Counted from the stretch's first letter, positions 10,923 through 24,531 are shown. The stretch is 64,000 nt of DNA from Felis catus (GCF_018350175.1 NC_058368.1:113524001-113588000), one strand, 5' to 3'. The notes: a model not told the origin generated them from the letters alone. Numbers and translations: made by a program.

Positions 10923-11175
10923 TAATAACGGCCGTTACTATTTGCGAATGGGCACAAGGTGCCAGACACGGCGCTAATAAGCCCTATGTTTTATTTCACC
11001 TAACATTTACAATAACCCCCTAACATAGGGGCAATGAGGACCCCTGTGAGGTAGCTGGGGAAACAGGAGCTCAGAGTGAGGAAATTATTACATAAGATCG
11101 TGCAGCTAGTAAGGGGCAGAAGAGAATGTGAACTCACTTTTGCTCAAGTCTAAAGATCATGCTCTACCCACCAGA
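10923..11175 (-). mobile_element. MIR
   Basis: 'gtgccagacacggcgcta..gggaaacaggagctcagag..cagctagtaaggggcaga'. Confidence 0.75.
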
Positions 11176-11344
11176 TGACGCCACCTCAGTGCCACCGTGT
11201 GAAGGGAAGAGCACAAGGTATGTATGATGGAGACCCTGCAGAGGGGCTGGCAACCCTGGGAAGAGGCCAGCAGGAGAAACCAAGGGATGGGAGATGAACA
11301 CACAGACCAGAGGCCTTCAAGAGGCCCTCTCTACTGCTGCCATG

Positions 11345-11435
11345 AACTGTGTGTGTCTGAAGCCTCAGGTTTCCCACCTGTGAAATAGCAGGAATAAACA
11401 CCTGCTTTACAAGGTCTATGTGAGATTGGATCGCA
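11345..11435 (+). mobile_element. MIR fragment
   Basis: 'gcctcaggtttcccacctgtgaaata'. Confidence 0.6.
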
Positions 11436-13884
11436 AGTCCGTCCGTCATGCGCGTGGATCCAAGAGAGGAGGGAGGACACCCTGACTCCCTGATCCACCC
11501 CTACTCAAGACGCTGGCCGGGGTTTCAGAACCATGGCCGTGAGCCCTGACAAAGCAGCCTCAGAAGCCCTCCGCCTTTGTGTGCTCTGGACTGAATGCTC
11601 ACACCTGTCTGCCACCAGCAGTCCCTGGAGCCCGGTTCAAAGTGAAGTATCCAATGCAACATCAAGGCACAGCATGGAGGAGGTGGTGGCTTTGGCACCA
11701 GCCATCTCTCTAGGAAGCCACGGCTACAGACTTTGCATGAAATTTTCATTAGCTGCACAGCTAGGCCTGCTACACTTCCTCCCAACCCTGCCATTCAGCC
11801 TCGGCTCTTCAAGGGAACATCTGGGAAGCGTAGCAATGAAGACTCCCTTCGCTGTGTCCCCAAGTGTCCTAGCAGCCACCCTGCCCACCCTCCTGTGCAT
11901 CCTGAGGCTCTGGCCCTCGGACCACTACATAGCAGATACTCCCCGGCAAGAGAGCCCCAGAAACAGATCTGGTCAACGTCTTTTGTCCATGCCAGTGGTG
12001 TCGGTGTCGGGATCTGAGGGTACTCATCTGAGATTTACAACTTCTGAAGTTACATTCCCCCATGGTACGAGGTAATCAGGGCAGGCAAGCCTGCTGAAAA
12101 ATGGATCCACACTCCTGAGCCACAATTTACCTCTACAGTCACCGACAAGGCTTCCATGGAGAAGGGCGGGTGCCCCCTCTCTAAGGTTCCAGCCATTGCG
12201 AAAACTGGGGCTCACCAGAACAACCCTCTGAAACCGAAGACCCCCATAGGACCCACACTCCCAAAAGCCGCTGGGTCCAATGAACACATGGTCATGGAGA
12301 CAAGCTACCTTTCCTCTCACTCAGCAAGAGCTTATGCAAATCTGTGAAGGATATGACAGAGCCTCTCAACCCCAGCATGCCAAAAAAGATGCTCGGTACA
12401 CTCAGGAGACTTAGAGAACCAGAAAGCACTGCAGCCAGGCTCCACGCTTGGGAACCTGGTCACTAGACCTCTTGGTCCCCGACAAGATGTATCTATGTCA
12501 GGTGACAAGATGGAAAGCCCAGAGACACTGCAGGAGAGCATTCCTCATACTAAGAGCAATGTGCACTGAGTCCCCCAACAGGGGTCCAGCCCTTCTTTTG
12601 TGGGATCCATGTGCAAGTCTAGTCCATGAACATATGGCTGTCCCATTCCTCTGCAGGGAAATTCCTACAATCTGGCCATGCTCATTTGGGGTCTGGAGCG
12701 CCCGCAGAGACAGAGGAAAGGGGAAGCTGCCAAAGAAACTGGGGCAGAGACGCAAGGACCTTGATGCCTGAGGAGACATGCAGATTTTAAGGCATTGAGG
12801 AACCGCTGGAGGGCTTCCTTAGAGGTGGATTCCATCAAATTGGTATTTTCTGAACCATGCTGGGCTTACTCTGTGTGGGACAAATTAGAGGCAGTCCAAG
12901 TGAAACCAAGGACACCAGAGCCCTCCAAGGCAAAGTTATCAAGTGACATCATTTACATGGTAACAAAACACACATTCAACAGACATTTATTTCTTGTGGA
13001 GGAACACTTTGCTGGCAGAAACCATCGTAATACCTTCATTTTTACGCTCTTTTTCCATGTATTATTTGGGGAAATAACAGGAACGTTGATAATAATGCTA
13101 GTCTCTTCCAGTTCCAAAATTCAGTGATTCTAATTATGTCAAACAATCAACTGTGCCTGAAAGCTCCATATGAATAGAGCAGGAGCAATTTTCGCAGAGT
13201 AGCGAGACTACTATTGAGACTATACTAGACTATAATGTACTAGAGGAATCCAAGATGCAGCAAAGCAGTGAGCTGCCTTTGCTTTGATTTTTATTTTTGG
13301 TTCAAATGGAAGGACCTAATATGAACACAAATAGTAATTATGTCCTAGATCTTTAAAAATCCTCTTCCTATGAAATAACTTTTGAGCATTCAAGAAAGAG
13401 TCCAGTTGGATTTTTTTTTCACATGACGCTCAGAGGTACTGACACAGAAGCTCTAGCAAAAAAAAAAAAAAAAAAAAATGTCCAAGATCAAATTCTTTAG
13501 CTCAGCTACCATTTCGTGTGAGGGGGAGACTTCCGGAAGAAATCACGTAAGAAGACAGGAAGAATACAGAAAATCAAGAAGCAGTCCGAAGGGCCCAACA
13601 AGCAAGGGTAGCTACTTCATCCACTCCATCACCACACCATCTCGGGGCCCAGAGCCCACCTCCTCAGAGGCCTGGGAAAGAAAAACAGGAGCCATGGCAC
13701 CAACACACATGTACCAGGACTATGTGGCTACTATGCTGGAGTGGTGTTGGGTCCTGTTGGTTAAAATCGCCTTCTCAGTCAGCCAGTTGCATGGTCACAT
13801 TTTCTAGGTATCTCAACACCCTTAAGTAGTGTCTATGACCCACAGGACGAAGGAAAGAAAAAAATATAGAAAAGTGCGGGGGGA

Positions 13885-14068
13885 GGGGAGTGCCTGGGTG
13901 GCTCGGTCGACTAAGAATCTGACTCTTGATTTCAGCTCAAGTTATAATCTTGCAGTTAGTGAGAATGAGCACCGCGTCAGGCTGTGGGCTACTAACACGG
14001 AACCTGCTTGGGATTCTGTCTCCCCCCTCTCTCTGCCCTTCCCTCACTCATGCTCTCTCTATATATAC
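13885..14068 (+). mobile_element. Can-SINE lacking the AATAAA/A-tail
   Basis: tRNA-like head and (CT)n, then (AT)n; flanking repeat atatagaaaag at 13864 and 14069. Confidence 0.9.
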
Positions 14069-14168
14069 ATATAGAAAAGGACTACAGGAAAATCAAGATG
14101 GTTATAATGGTTGGGGGAATATGAAGCTGCTTGTACTTTATTAGTTATCAATTTAAAACACATGACAT

Positions 14169-14376
14169 GGGGGTACCTGGGTGGCTCAGTCCATTAAGGA
14201 TCTGGCTCTTGATTTCAGTTCAGGTCATGATCTCACAGTTTGGGAGTTCGAGCCCCACATCAGGCTCTGGGCTACAGTGCAGGCTCTGCTTGGGATTCTC
14301 TTTCCCTCTATCGCTGCCCTTGCCCTGCTTGCACTCTGTCTCTGTCTCTCTCAAAATAAAATAAACTTAAAAAAAT
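14169..14376 (+). mobile_element. Can-SINE
   Basis: Complete head, body and tail; TSD acatgacatg. Confidence 0.95.
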
Positions 14377-15279
14377 CAACATGACATGAATTACTTCTTG
14401 TATTCGTATGTTGTCTACTCACTGATCTGTTTACTCATTCATTCATTCAAAGTTCTATGGAAGAGGGAAAATGAGGACAGCATCACTCAACCATTACAGG
14501 CAGAGAAACTCTAGTGCACAGAGAGGTAAAATCATTTGGACACGAATTCACACAGCCCTAAAACGTGCAGTAGAAGATCCATGTAGACCAACAGCTTGGG
14601 CTGAGAAATGTACCCATGTCCCAGACAAAGGAAGTAACAGTGAAACGCTTCTTGGGCCATGACCAAGGCCAATGAGTAGGAGCATTCCATTCTGATGGAA
14701 CGGATCCTGAATGGAACCACAAAGCCTTACCAGTAGCCTGTTTCTGGGCTGGCACATAGGGTCGCCGTTCATTTATTCCTTTGTTCTGGCATTTCAGCTA
14801 CCCTGTGAGGAATGAAAGACCTAGGATTCACAAGGGGTGACCCTCAGCTCACCCACAGTGCACAGCCCCTGGCAGAAACACGAAGGACAAGGGCCCAGGA
14901 CTCAGAACAGAAATCACACATTTACCCGTGAGGCAGTGACGGCTCCGGCTCTGACACCTAAGCCAAATTGTGGCTCGATTTACTAAGGGATCCGAGGCTC
15001 AGACACCTCATCTGATTTACCAGCAGGACACACAAATCACAGCTAGACATGGAGGCACCTCGTCAGCACTGCCTGCTGGAATTATTTGCGAACAAGACCG
15101 CGCGGGTTATTTTGGTGTTACCCATCAAAGCCTCCGAGCTCCTTCCTCACATCTCTCTTTTCACGAAATTCGGCTCTTAACCCAGCTTGGAGCTGAACTC
15201 AATGGTTCTGCTTCCCCATCAGAAACGCACAAAAGCATAAAAGCCTATGGCAGTTTCTTCACCAGGAACTTCTCTTGAT

Positions 15280-15470
15280 GTCCCCACTGCCACTGCCTAA
15301 GTGATTCTGGGCCAGCGATTCAACCTTTGCGAACTGCAGTCCCCTCACCTGTGAAATGAGGGCAAAGGTGCCCACTCCGCAGGGTGGACCGGAGGGGTCA
15401 TCTGAGACATACATGCAAAACGCCCAGCACGTAGCTTGCGCCAGAAGATGGTCACTACATTTTCTAATTG
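15280..15470 (+). mobile_element. MIR
   Basis: 'gtgattctgggccagcgattcaacc..cagtcccctcacctgtgaaatgagg'. Confidence 0.7.
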
Positions 15471-16949
15471 ACCTCTGCGCGTCCTGTGCTCTGAGCCGAA
15501 AATAGGGTTTTCGAAACAGACTGCTGGTGGACTCTGGATCAGGAGACTGGTTATACTGCCATCCTGACTCTGAGGAGATTGTGAAGCAATGAAATCTGGG
15601 TGATGGCTGCTTTGGAAAAGCAGCAGCCACGGCTCTATGCGAAAGTGTAAATAAAATGGCACTTAAGTAATCACATTACTCACAGCTTAATGCATGTGAT
15701 CCAGAGCTTCAAGCAAGCGTGTGCGTGTGATGGATTTCTCATTATCTGCTGGCTGCCACTGCGGTCCATCCAACTGTCTGCAGGCGTCCTGGCTGGGAAC
15801 GTCTACATGAGCTCCTGATGGGACCCACACTCCTCGCTATCGGTAGGAACAGACTGAGCAGGAAGGAGGCGATGCCTTCATAATAAGGTGATAATGCAAA
15901 CAGACGTGTGTGCTTGAGGGAGAGCTACCAGGGTCTAAGTCGGCCATTAAAGGTACGTTCCTCAGTTTGCAGGGGCTCTTAAGAGTTTGGGCCGGAGGAA
16001 ATTTCTAGCGTAATCCTCCTGGTCCCATCAGGTGGGGATGGAGCCTCCTCGGATGCCAAACATAGCCTACTGTCGACTTAGCAGTGTCGAGCACCAAACC
16101 AAGCACCCAAAGAAGGAGCCAGGAATGCTGCACTAAATCTACCTCCTTCGTGGGGGGAGGGAGGGTCTCTGAAATCCCAGGGGTCTCCCTTTGCCTAGAA
16201 CTGCCCTGAAAGCGGTCACAAACTAACTGGAGTATGCTAGGTCCTTGGACCATTTATGCTCTGGATAAATGGAGAACCTCCAGAAAAGCTACTTCAGAAT
16301 CCAATGGCAACATTAAATCTAAGTTCACCGAGGCACCTGCCACCTTTCCCCAGGGAAAGAGCTCCCTAAACATGGGTATATTTGATTGAGGCAAGGCTTG
16401 TCCTAAGAGGCTCTGCCCTTCCTGCCTCCACCTCCCAGCAGGGCTTCTGTGCCCTCACGGACTCCCCGCCTCTGCTCGCACATCAAAACTTGCTCCTGGA
16501 CCCTTCCTTCAGAGCCACGTAAAGAGGACTATGATAGCTCCCAGACCATTCATATTCAACAAAGGATCCGAGCCTGAGGTGCCAAAATCCTGCCGTCTGC
16601 CAAAAGAAAGGCGAGGAATATTTGGGGAGAGGGCCCCGGCTGCCCCCTGAATTTACGGCATACCCGTCAGCCTGGTCCCAGTAAGCGTAGAAGGAGAAGA
16701 GGATGAAGAAAGCAGGGAGAGGGAAAGAGAATGAAAGTCTGCAAAGAGTCTTGAAGGGAAAACACCAGGAAAGGCAGTGCTGGCAATGTGAGAACACTTT
16801 CTCCTACAGATCCCAAATGGACCCAATGGATGGTAGCACAAGAACCCGGGACCTAGGGAGGTGCTGGCATCCTGCCGTGTTCTAAGGGACAGAGGGGAAT
16901 TCAAGAAAACAGCAACTCGAGCCTGTGTTCAGCCCACAGCGGGAAGTAG

Positions 16950-17190
16950 CATACATCTACTGAACGTCGACTGGCAGCTGAGGACCACACTCTACACTTT
17001 ACGCTGATTACTCCTCATGATGATCCCGATGACGTTGCAAGGATGGAGACGTCCGTTACCTTTCACAGCTAAGGCTCAAAGAGGTTACGTAACTTGTTTG
17101 AGGTCACACAGCAGGAAGCAGCAGAGCAGGGTTTCAAATCCAGTTCTGCCCAACCACAGAGCCCTGGGCTCTTTTCCATGTGCCACGATC
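16950..17190 (-). mobile_element. MIR
   Basis: 'ctaaggctcaaagaggttacgtaacttgtttgaggtcacacagc..gcagagcagggtttcaaatccag'. Confidence 0.8.
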
Positions 17191-18341
17191 ACCCAGTGCC
17201 CCCCGCCCCAGAGGGCTGAGTATCTCACCAAGCCCTAGACCATCAGCTCCCAGAGGGTGGACGCCGTTAGACCCAGCTCAGACCTGAGCAACCAACAGAG
17301 ACTCAGAACAGCTACGGGTTGAATGAGAACTGGTATGTGAAGACATTATGACTTTCTCTGGCAACTAGTAACTTCACTCTTTTGAAGACAAAGGCCCACC
17401 CTCAAAGCCCAGGGAAGCTGAGCCTCTAGGGCTCAGATCTGGGTGGAGGCAGAGTATGGGAAGAGAGGGGAGAAGAAGTGAAATCTCAAGAGACACCCTG
17501 GATGGGTGGCAGGGAGAGGCTATGCTACTGCACCAGACCCCTTCGTGGCTGCTGGGCGAAGCTGTGGTTCCGAGGATGAAGCAGGGGCCTGGCCAACAAG
17601 AGGCACAGCATCCAAGCAGGTTCCAGAAAGGGCTCGTTCGCATTCGAAGTGAGACCACCTTGTGAGGTGCACAGGTTTGCAGGCTGATCCGTCAATCACT
17701 CCAGACTAATGTGCCTCTTCCCCCAGCTGCAGCATAAGCTCAGACTTGACCCCGCAGCCCAGCAGACCAGGGGTGGCCCCCAAGGAGTCATTATGCGAGC
17801 ACACATGCCTTCACAAACCCAGGGTCCGCATTAGTAAAAATTAGATGCAAATGTGATAGGGGTCATGGCTCGCCTTCCTGCTGGCCCTTGCCTGCCACAC
17901 AACAATGATGCCCGAATGACAGAATCGGAGAAAATACTTAATAAATTATGACCACGCACTCAAGCACAGCAGCCCAGACCTTTTGTGCTTATTAACACGG
18001 TCTCTCTGCTCTTTAGAGGACCGCAGTATTCTTAAGTCTTTTGCAACTAAAAGGTACCTGGGAACATAAATCTTCCTCACTGCAATGTGAACAACTCCCG
18101 TAACAACAACGGCAGTTCATTACCATGCCATTTTGGGTTCTATTTCTCCAAGAAAATAAATTACCAGTTTAAAAACTATCAGAAACATGTTCCACTAATA
18201 CTCAGCTTAAACATGATTATTTATTAGAAAGTATTGGAAGCTACTCACACCTGTGGTAACCATAAGCACATGTGGTCCTCAGTGTGTTTTATATTTAAAG
18301 GCGGGAAAAATACATAAAACAAAAAGTGGTACAGATTTCCA

Positions 18342-18559
18342 TTTAAAAAATTTTTTTAGTGTTTATTTGTTTTTGAGAGAGAGAGAGAGACAGCACAAGT
18401 GGGGGAAGGGCAGAGAGAGAGGAAGACACAGAACCCAAAGCAGGCTCCAGGCTCTGAGCCGTCAGCACAGAGCCCGACGCGGGGCTCGAACTCAAGAACC
18501 GTGAGACCGTGACCTGAGCCGAAGTCAGAAGTTTAACCGACTGAGCCACCCAGGCACCT
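18342..18559 (-). mobile_element. Felid Can-SINE
   Basis: Reverse-orientation complete element; short TSD agatttc. Confidence 0.95.
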
Positions 18560-18715
18560 TTAGATTTCTGTTTTTAAATCTGGCCTCTGTGGCAGATCTT
18601 GGTGATGGACCAAATGCTCAGGAAGGGAAGAACCGGGCAGGCAAGCGATGGGAGAGAGGAAAACACACCGGGTACAGTGGCTACCCTATGCCAGGTGGGG
18701 CTCACCCCTCCAAAC

Positions 18716-18800
18716 TAGGGCTCTGCAAACCTTTTCTGTGAAGGGCCAGAAAGTAAATATCATCTCCCTTTGTGGGCAAGACACATACTCTTGTCATAAA
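18716..18800 (+). mobile_element. MER58-type hAT fragment
   Basis: 'agggctctgcaaaccttttctgtgaagggccagaaagtaaatat'. Confidence 0.75.
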
Positions 18801-20929
18801 AGATGATAACGTTAAAAACTAGGTATTTTAAAGGAAGATGTACATACATTCTATTCAGTTCAACAGACGCTTATTTGACTCTCTTGGTGATGATTATCTA
18901 AGGGCTTATTACAGGAGGCGAGGAGCAGCTGGAGAGTTTCCTTACCATCCTGAAGTTCCATCCTTAACAAAAACAGACTCTGTAATCCGGAGGCAAAATG
19001 GAGGAGACTCACTGTAACAACTTATCAGATGCTCCGGTGAACTCCTTGGCCACAGGGCTCCTGGCTGCTGCCCCCAAGGCCATCATCCCTCCCTCACCCA
19101 CACGTTAGGGCAACCAACAAAGGCCTCACACAGCCATCATGATGTCAACAGTTTCGGTCCAGATTTCCCCGGCAAAAGACAGCTGCGGCCCAGCCATGAG
19201 ACCACCCATGTGCACTAAGCCACGTACTCTACCTCCTGGGCTCAGACTTTTTGGTCAAAACTTGTCTCTAGCTGAGGTTCTGGGACACAGAGGCCTGCTC
19301 CTGTCTGAGCATTTGGTGACACTTCCCTGGAGTGACAGCACTGGCAAAGAGTCCTTAAGGACCCATGAGACTTCTCCCACAACCTACCCAACTGGAAAAC
19401 GACAAAAAAAAAAAAAAAAAAACACTCATAATTGTCTTCCTGAGACCACTGTGGGTGCAAATTTAGTTAAATTGTTGGAAATTAGCTAACCAGGGAAAGA
19501 AACTGCATTTCCTTCTCTTTTTGCATCTCCAGCTCCAAGGACAAGATTCCTCTCAGATGCCCCTAAAAGTTTCTGCAATTGTCTCTAGACAGGCACTAGT
19601 GAGGAGAGAAAGTAAATTGCTCTCTGCAATTACTAAGCTTTGAACTCCCTAAACAGCCAATCTTCATGCTGCCATTGTAGTCGTGTCTACGGACGGCTGG
19701 TTCAGGCGAGGGCAATCATTCCCAGAGCCCTCCGCTACTGCTAAATGTTCAAAAGGCAATGTGGAAAATTACCCAGAAAACAGCTGTTTATGCTTTAGGC
19801 AGCTCCTACATGGGGAGAGAAGCAATGGGCGGGTGGAAGTCAGAAGCCATAAAATTGAGAAAATACTATTTTCAAGTTAAATGTGAAGGGAAGTCCCTTT
19901 GCGAGAGGTAATCAATAGTCAAGCGGAAGCCAAGAGGACAAGACTCCCCGGTTAAGGAGAGAAGGCAAGCGGTTAAGAGTCACCCCCAAATAACAAGTCA
20001 CTGAGCTAGAGCAGGCCCCAGAGAGTGAACTCACCGCCTGTTACGGTCACCGGAGCACTCAAGGGGCCTCACCCAGCAAGGGGAACTGGGCCCAGCCCCC
20101 AGATGCTGTATGATTTTCTCCTCCCATGCACACAACTCTACAACACAGAGGTAGCTTCTAAATCATCTGTAGTAAATTGTGCTACTGAAGGCACAGTGCT
20201 GACATTCTGAAAGGCCAGGTAATGGCAGCTGTGATTCCCCTCCAACCATAAGCCAAGAATCTAAGAGACTTGGAAACCTTGGATACACCCAACCCCAACT
20301 CTGTTCCAAGTCTTGCCAGCAAGCCACCCTCAACATAGAGGCTCAGCACGGTATCCTGAGTCCTATTCAGAGCTTCCCATAGGAGGGTCCCACCTCCCTA
20401 ACCAGGCCAATTCCCACAGGCATAGTTGTGAGGATTCGATCAGTAGGCTGGAAACTAAGAGTCTTCAACTAATGAATAGAAAGACAAGATCTGGAAGCAG
20501 CCAGAGATTCTGATCTCTGGACTCTCTGAGGTTTTGGAGACCAGGCAGTCATTAGATGCTAAGCTTGGACACCAGGCTACATTTAAAAGGGAAATCTGGA
20601 CTCACAATGATTTTTTACTTCCACAATTCTAGACCAGGTTGTTGCTAAGCATCGAAGTCCAGCACATTTTATCCAAAACCTTAAGGTTCTCCTGAGTGCA
20701 CGAGGGGAACAAGATGCAATGACTTCCAGAATGAGGAGAAATTGGAAAACTTTCAAAGGTACTGAGGAGGCAATCAGCTTCAAAGATCTATTTCTGAGAT
20801 GGAGAACTGGGGAAGGAGAAGCTTACCTAAATTTTACATCAGGACTGAACTATTCATAGCAGGAGGCTGGAATGTGGTTTTGTTGGCTTGATCCAAATTG
20901 CAAAGAGCAAGGATGCATCTTCATTGGCA

Positions 20930-21140
20930 GGGTGGCAGGGTAGAGAACTGAGCTTTGGAGCCCAGCAGAGCCACGAGGCATCTGGCCTCCAGCGTGTATT
21001 CCCTGTGTGACTTTGGAAAGGTACTAAACCTCTCACTATTCCAATCTATAAACTGAGGTTATTAATGGGGCCAACTCCTTAGACTTTACAGAGTCCAAAT
21101 GAATAGTAGTCCATGAATACTCATAAACAGTAGCCATTAT
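20930..21140 (+). mobile_element. MIR
   Basis: 'gagctttggagcc..ctgtgtgactttggaaaggtactaaacctctc'. Confidence 0.7.
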
Positions 21141-21599
21141 AAGTAGAATTACTGTTTAATGGGTGATTCTCATTTAGGTGCATTTTAACTCTGGATTCCT
21201 CTTCTTTTCAAAGCCTTCCCATCACTACCATTTGAGGGGGGAAAAACACCCTAAAGGGAATGCTTGATTGGCCTGTTGCTTTTCTTTAAAACACAGTATA
21301 CTCTGGTTTCAAGGTCTCAAAACAGATGCAAAGAGTCAGTGACTTGGAGTCTTAAAAAAGAAGAAAGCAAAAACCCTCCCTAACATGTAAGCCAGAGGCA
21401 AAGGTGAGGAAAGGTGGTTCTGTTTCATCATAAAGAAAAAGAAATTAAAAAAAAAGGGGGAAGGAAAAAAAAGAAAAAGTAATTCTTGTGGAGGAAAGAC
21501 CACAAGTCTCCCAGCTGGAGATGTGCTGGTTGAAGCTAGGACAAAGCTGTAGAGAGCGGTACACTGTTCTCAACAAGAGCGGGAAAACACGTTTTTCTA

Positions 21600-22730
21600 G
21601 ATGTGGTTTTAAATTATGTAAGGGAAACAGTATGCAAAGAAGAAAACTCATAAATATCTTCCTCATCAAGAAACATCCGAAGAGTGAAAGAAACAAGCCA
21701 GAGTGAAAGAAGATACTTGCATCATTTGAAACCAACAAATGGCTTAGGGCGCCCGGGGGGCTCAGTTGGTTAGGTGTCTGACTTCAGCTCAGGTCATGAT
21801 CTTCTGATTTGCAGGTATGAGCCCCACGATGGGCTCTGTACTGATAGCTCAGAGCCTGGAGACTGCTTTGGATTCTGTGTCTCCCTCTCTCTCTGCCCCT
21901 CCCCCACTCGAACTCCATCTCTCAAAAATAAACAAACATTAAAAAATTCTAAAAACAAAAACAAATGACTTGCATCCAGAATATAAAGACTGTACACAAA
22001 TCAGTAATAGAAAAAACGACCCCATGCAAAATATGGGCAGGAGATTTGAATAGGGCACTTCTAAATAGAGGATACCCCTAAGCCAACATTTATCAGAAGC
22101 GCTTAAGCCTTAAACTATGACTTTGCACAGTATAAGGAAAGATGAAGGACAACTGGCACTGTCAGGCAGGGCACAAGGCGAGGCGCTGATGTGATGTTAG
22201 CCACTTCAGAAGATGGCTTGACAGGTGCCCCAGAGACTCCACCCCCCAGGAAGATACCCAACACAAATGGGCACACGTACGCAAAAGGCTTATACAAGAA
22301 CGGTCATCAGCAGCAACACTCAAAGTAACCCTCAGTGCAACAACTCAAGTATCTACCAATAGCCAATGGATCGACTGTGGTCTGTGTGTGCACAAGGGAA
22401 CAGTAGGCAGCAATGGCAACAGACCAAACGTCGCTACGCATTACAACATGGACGGCCCCAGGTGCATAAACTGGCACAGAAGAGCACAAACTGTATGATG
22501 TCATTTACAGCGAATTCAAAAATGGCAAGACTAAGCTCTGATGCAAAGTTGGAACAGCAACTCTGGGAAGAAGCGAGGGAGTAAGTTAGCGAGGACAAGT
22601 CACACTCACAGGTGCCAGGAACATTCTGTCTCTTGCCCTAGGTGCAGGTTGCACAGGTTTGCTCCCTTACTAATAAGTCTATTCTATCTGGCACTTGGTA
22701 AGCATTCGTATTAGACTCCACTAAAAAAGT
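21600..22730 (+). mobile_element. Old L1 (L1ME-like) 3' region, degraded
   Basis: 'gaagatacttgca..atccagaatataaaga..aaatatgggcaggagatttgaatag' end-of-ORF2 pattern followed by 3'UTR-like sequence. Confidence 0.75.
21747..21958 (+). mobile_element. Felid Can-SINE inside the L1
   Basis: TSD aacaaatggctt / aacaaatgactt. Confidence 0.95.
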
Positions 22731-22984
22731 GTAACGAGTGAGTGAAATAAAGAAAGAATCTATTCTGTTGTACCTATGTGATCTAGGCAGGTCACTGCTT
22801 AGTTGGAAATAAAGAAATATTCCGAGCCAGAAAAAGGCATTTCCTGGAAACACCCACATGGCAGAAAGTGTTTTTGTGACAGCTGGACAGGCACACCCCA
22901 GAGTCGGAGAGATGGGTCTTAGTCTAGACCATAAAAGTCAGGAAGCCAGAAAGCCACAAGGGAAACCCAGGACCTGCACAAATA

Positions 22985-23200
22985 ACCATCAATGTATTAA
23001 CTGCTCCTTAAGTGGCAGCATTGTTTTAAACACTTAAATGGATTAATTCATGTAATCCTCATAAATTCCTACTTTTCAAATAAACACAGAGGAGTTAAGT
23101 GTGTGACATAAGGTCACACAATTAGCAAGGGACAGAGCATGGACTCATTCAGCCCAGGGACTACTGCTCTGGAATTCACATGCTTTAGGCACGTGCTATG
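22985..23200 (-). mobile_element. MIR
   Basis: 'attaattcatgtaatcctcat..gttaagtg..aaggtcacacaattag'. Confidence 0.7.
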
Positions 23201-23314
23201 CCAGCACCGAAACCACCTGACCATCTAAGAACGAACAATAAATCCAGCCACTCACCTCAGCAGAAGCAGTCACGGAAGCAATGGGGAGAGGAAAGTCAGG
23301 CCAAGAGGAGAAAA

Positions 23315-23520
23315 TCCATGGCTTACAGAGCACCTACTAAGTGCTAGGCAATGAGCTAGGTACTCTAAACCAAATTTGATTTAATTTTCAGAAGAGCACT
23401 ATCAGGCACTGTAGCTACTCTTACCATCCCTATTTGAGAGAAGTAGGAAGTGAGGCTTGGAAAACGTTAACTTTCCACTGCTGATGAAGGGCACGGGGAG
23501 GATCTGAACCGCAAAGTCCC
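23315..23520 (-). mobile_element. MIR
   Basis: 'gagcacctactaagtgctaggca..aggaagtgaggcttgg'. Confidence 0.7.
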
Positions 23521-23774
23521 ACAACCTGAAAGGTCAGTAAGGTCTACAGGCCAGAATAGGTCCTGGCAGCACCGTGTTTCCATGGCAACTCCAGGGAAGC
23601 CACCATCACTGAAGTGGAGTTTACGAGGGGAAGTTCACACCTGCGAGATTGCTTTACAGGACCAGACCAGCGCCCAATCCAACCAGTAAGAATGGAGCCC
23701 TCCTGCTCGGCGACAGGGGTGGGCTGACATGTAAGGATCCCTCCACAAACAAAAGCTGGAGTGAGATGTCCTAT

Positions 23775-24288
23775 CTGGAGTGGTGGAGCAGACATCTGTT
23801 CTGTCTGTGCCAGAGGGTCCCCCTCTTCTTATAAGAGAATGCTTTACCCATGATTCAGGCCTGGCTCACCATGGCTCACACGGACGAGAGCAAGCGAGAG
23901 AGGGGATTTCACCCTCCTGGCCATACCACAGCGATTCACCCAGGAATTGGTACATGACCTTGCAGATGAGTCAGAGTCCTCTCTGAGCTTGTATATGGAT
24001 GCTGGAGAGAGAGGGCTCTAAGTGACTCCTTTAGGAAGAACTGGCTTGGAACTTCTCCAGAATATCTTCCCAGTCACATGGAAAAATCATGTCTAAGGAT
24101 AAAGCCAGTGTGTCAGAGCAGATGTAGTGGGGAGACAAAGAGAAAGTGAGGGCAAGCCCTGGATGCAGCCCTGCCTGAAGTCCAACATTGGACTTTCTAA
24201 GTACATGGAACACAACCTGGCTTTGCATTTAAGCTAGTCTGAATTGGGTTTCACTGCCTTGCAACCATGAGAGTCCTAACATAGCACA
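23775..24288 (+). mobile_element. MaLR solo LTR (MLT1K/L-like)
   Basis: 'cctggatgcagccctgcctgaag..ttaagctagtctgaattgggtt..cttgcaaccatgagagtcctaac' typical MLT1 3' end. Confidence 0.75.
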
Positions 24289-24506
24289 GGTCTCTGGATA
24301 AGGTAGGATATAGGGCTATGTTCTGAAACAAGTGATGGCAGATTGAACAGGGGAAGCCAAGCAGTCTGAAAGGCCTCTAAGGAGGGTTCCGTACAGGAAC
24401 TATGCTGGGCTGAACTCCCAAAACCTATCATCAGCTTCGGGGAAAGGAAGGTAACACAGATTCATGAGAAAACTCCATCGTCTCCACTCACTGGCGTAGT
24501 AGGGAG

Positions 24507-24531
24507 AAAACAAAACAAAACAAAACAAAAC
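24507..24531. repeat. (AAAAC)n pentanucleotide repeat
   Basis: Five units read directly. Confidence 0.9.

Noticed and set aside
11533..12075. 180-aa + strand ORF
   Set aside because: No homology recognised and no splice or promoter context; this length is reachable by chance in GC-richer DNA.
15343..15368. cacag|gtgagg ratchet-like site
   Set aside because: Part of the ordinary antisense MIR core sequence.
18253..18549. Recurrent peptides such as MAQSVKRPTSAQVMIS / FNVYLFLRERE across many ORFs
   Set aside because: Translations of Can-SINE copies, not a gene family.
22922..22929. Palindromic SMAD element GTCTAGAC (also at 33451) and scattered AP-1 heptamers
   Set aside because: Counts are near chance expectation for 64 kb; no supporting context.
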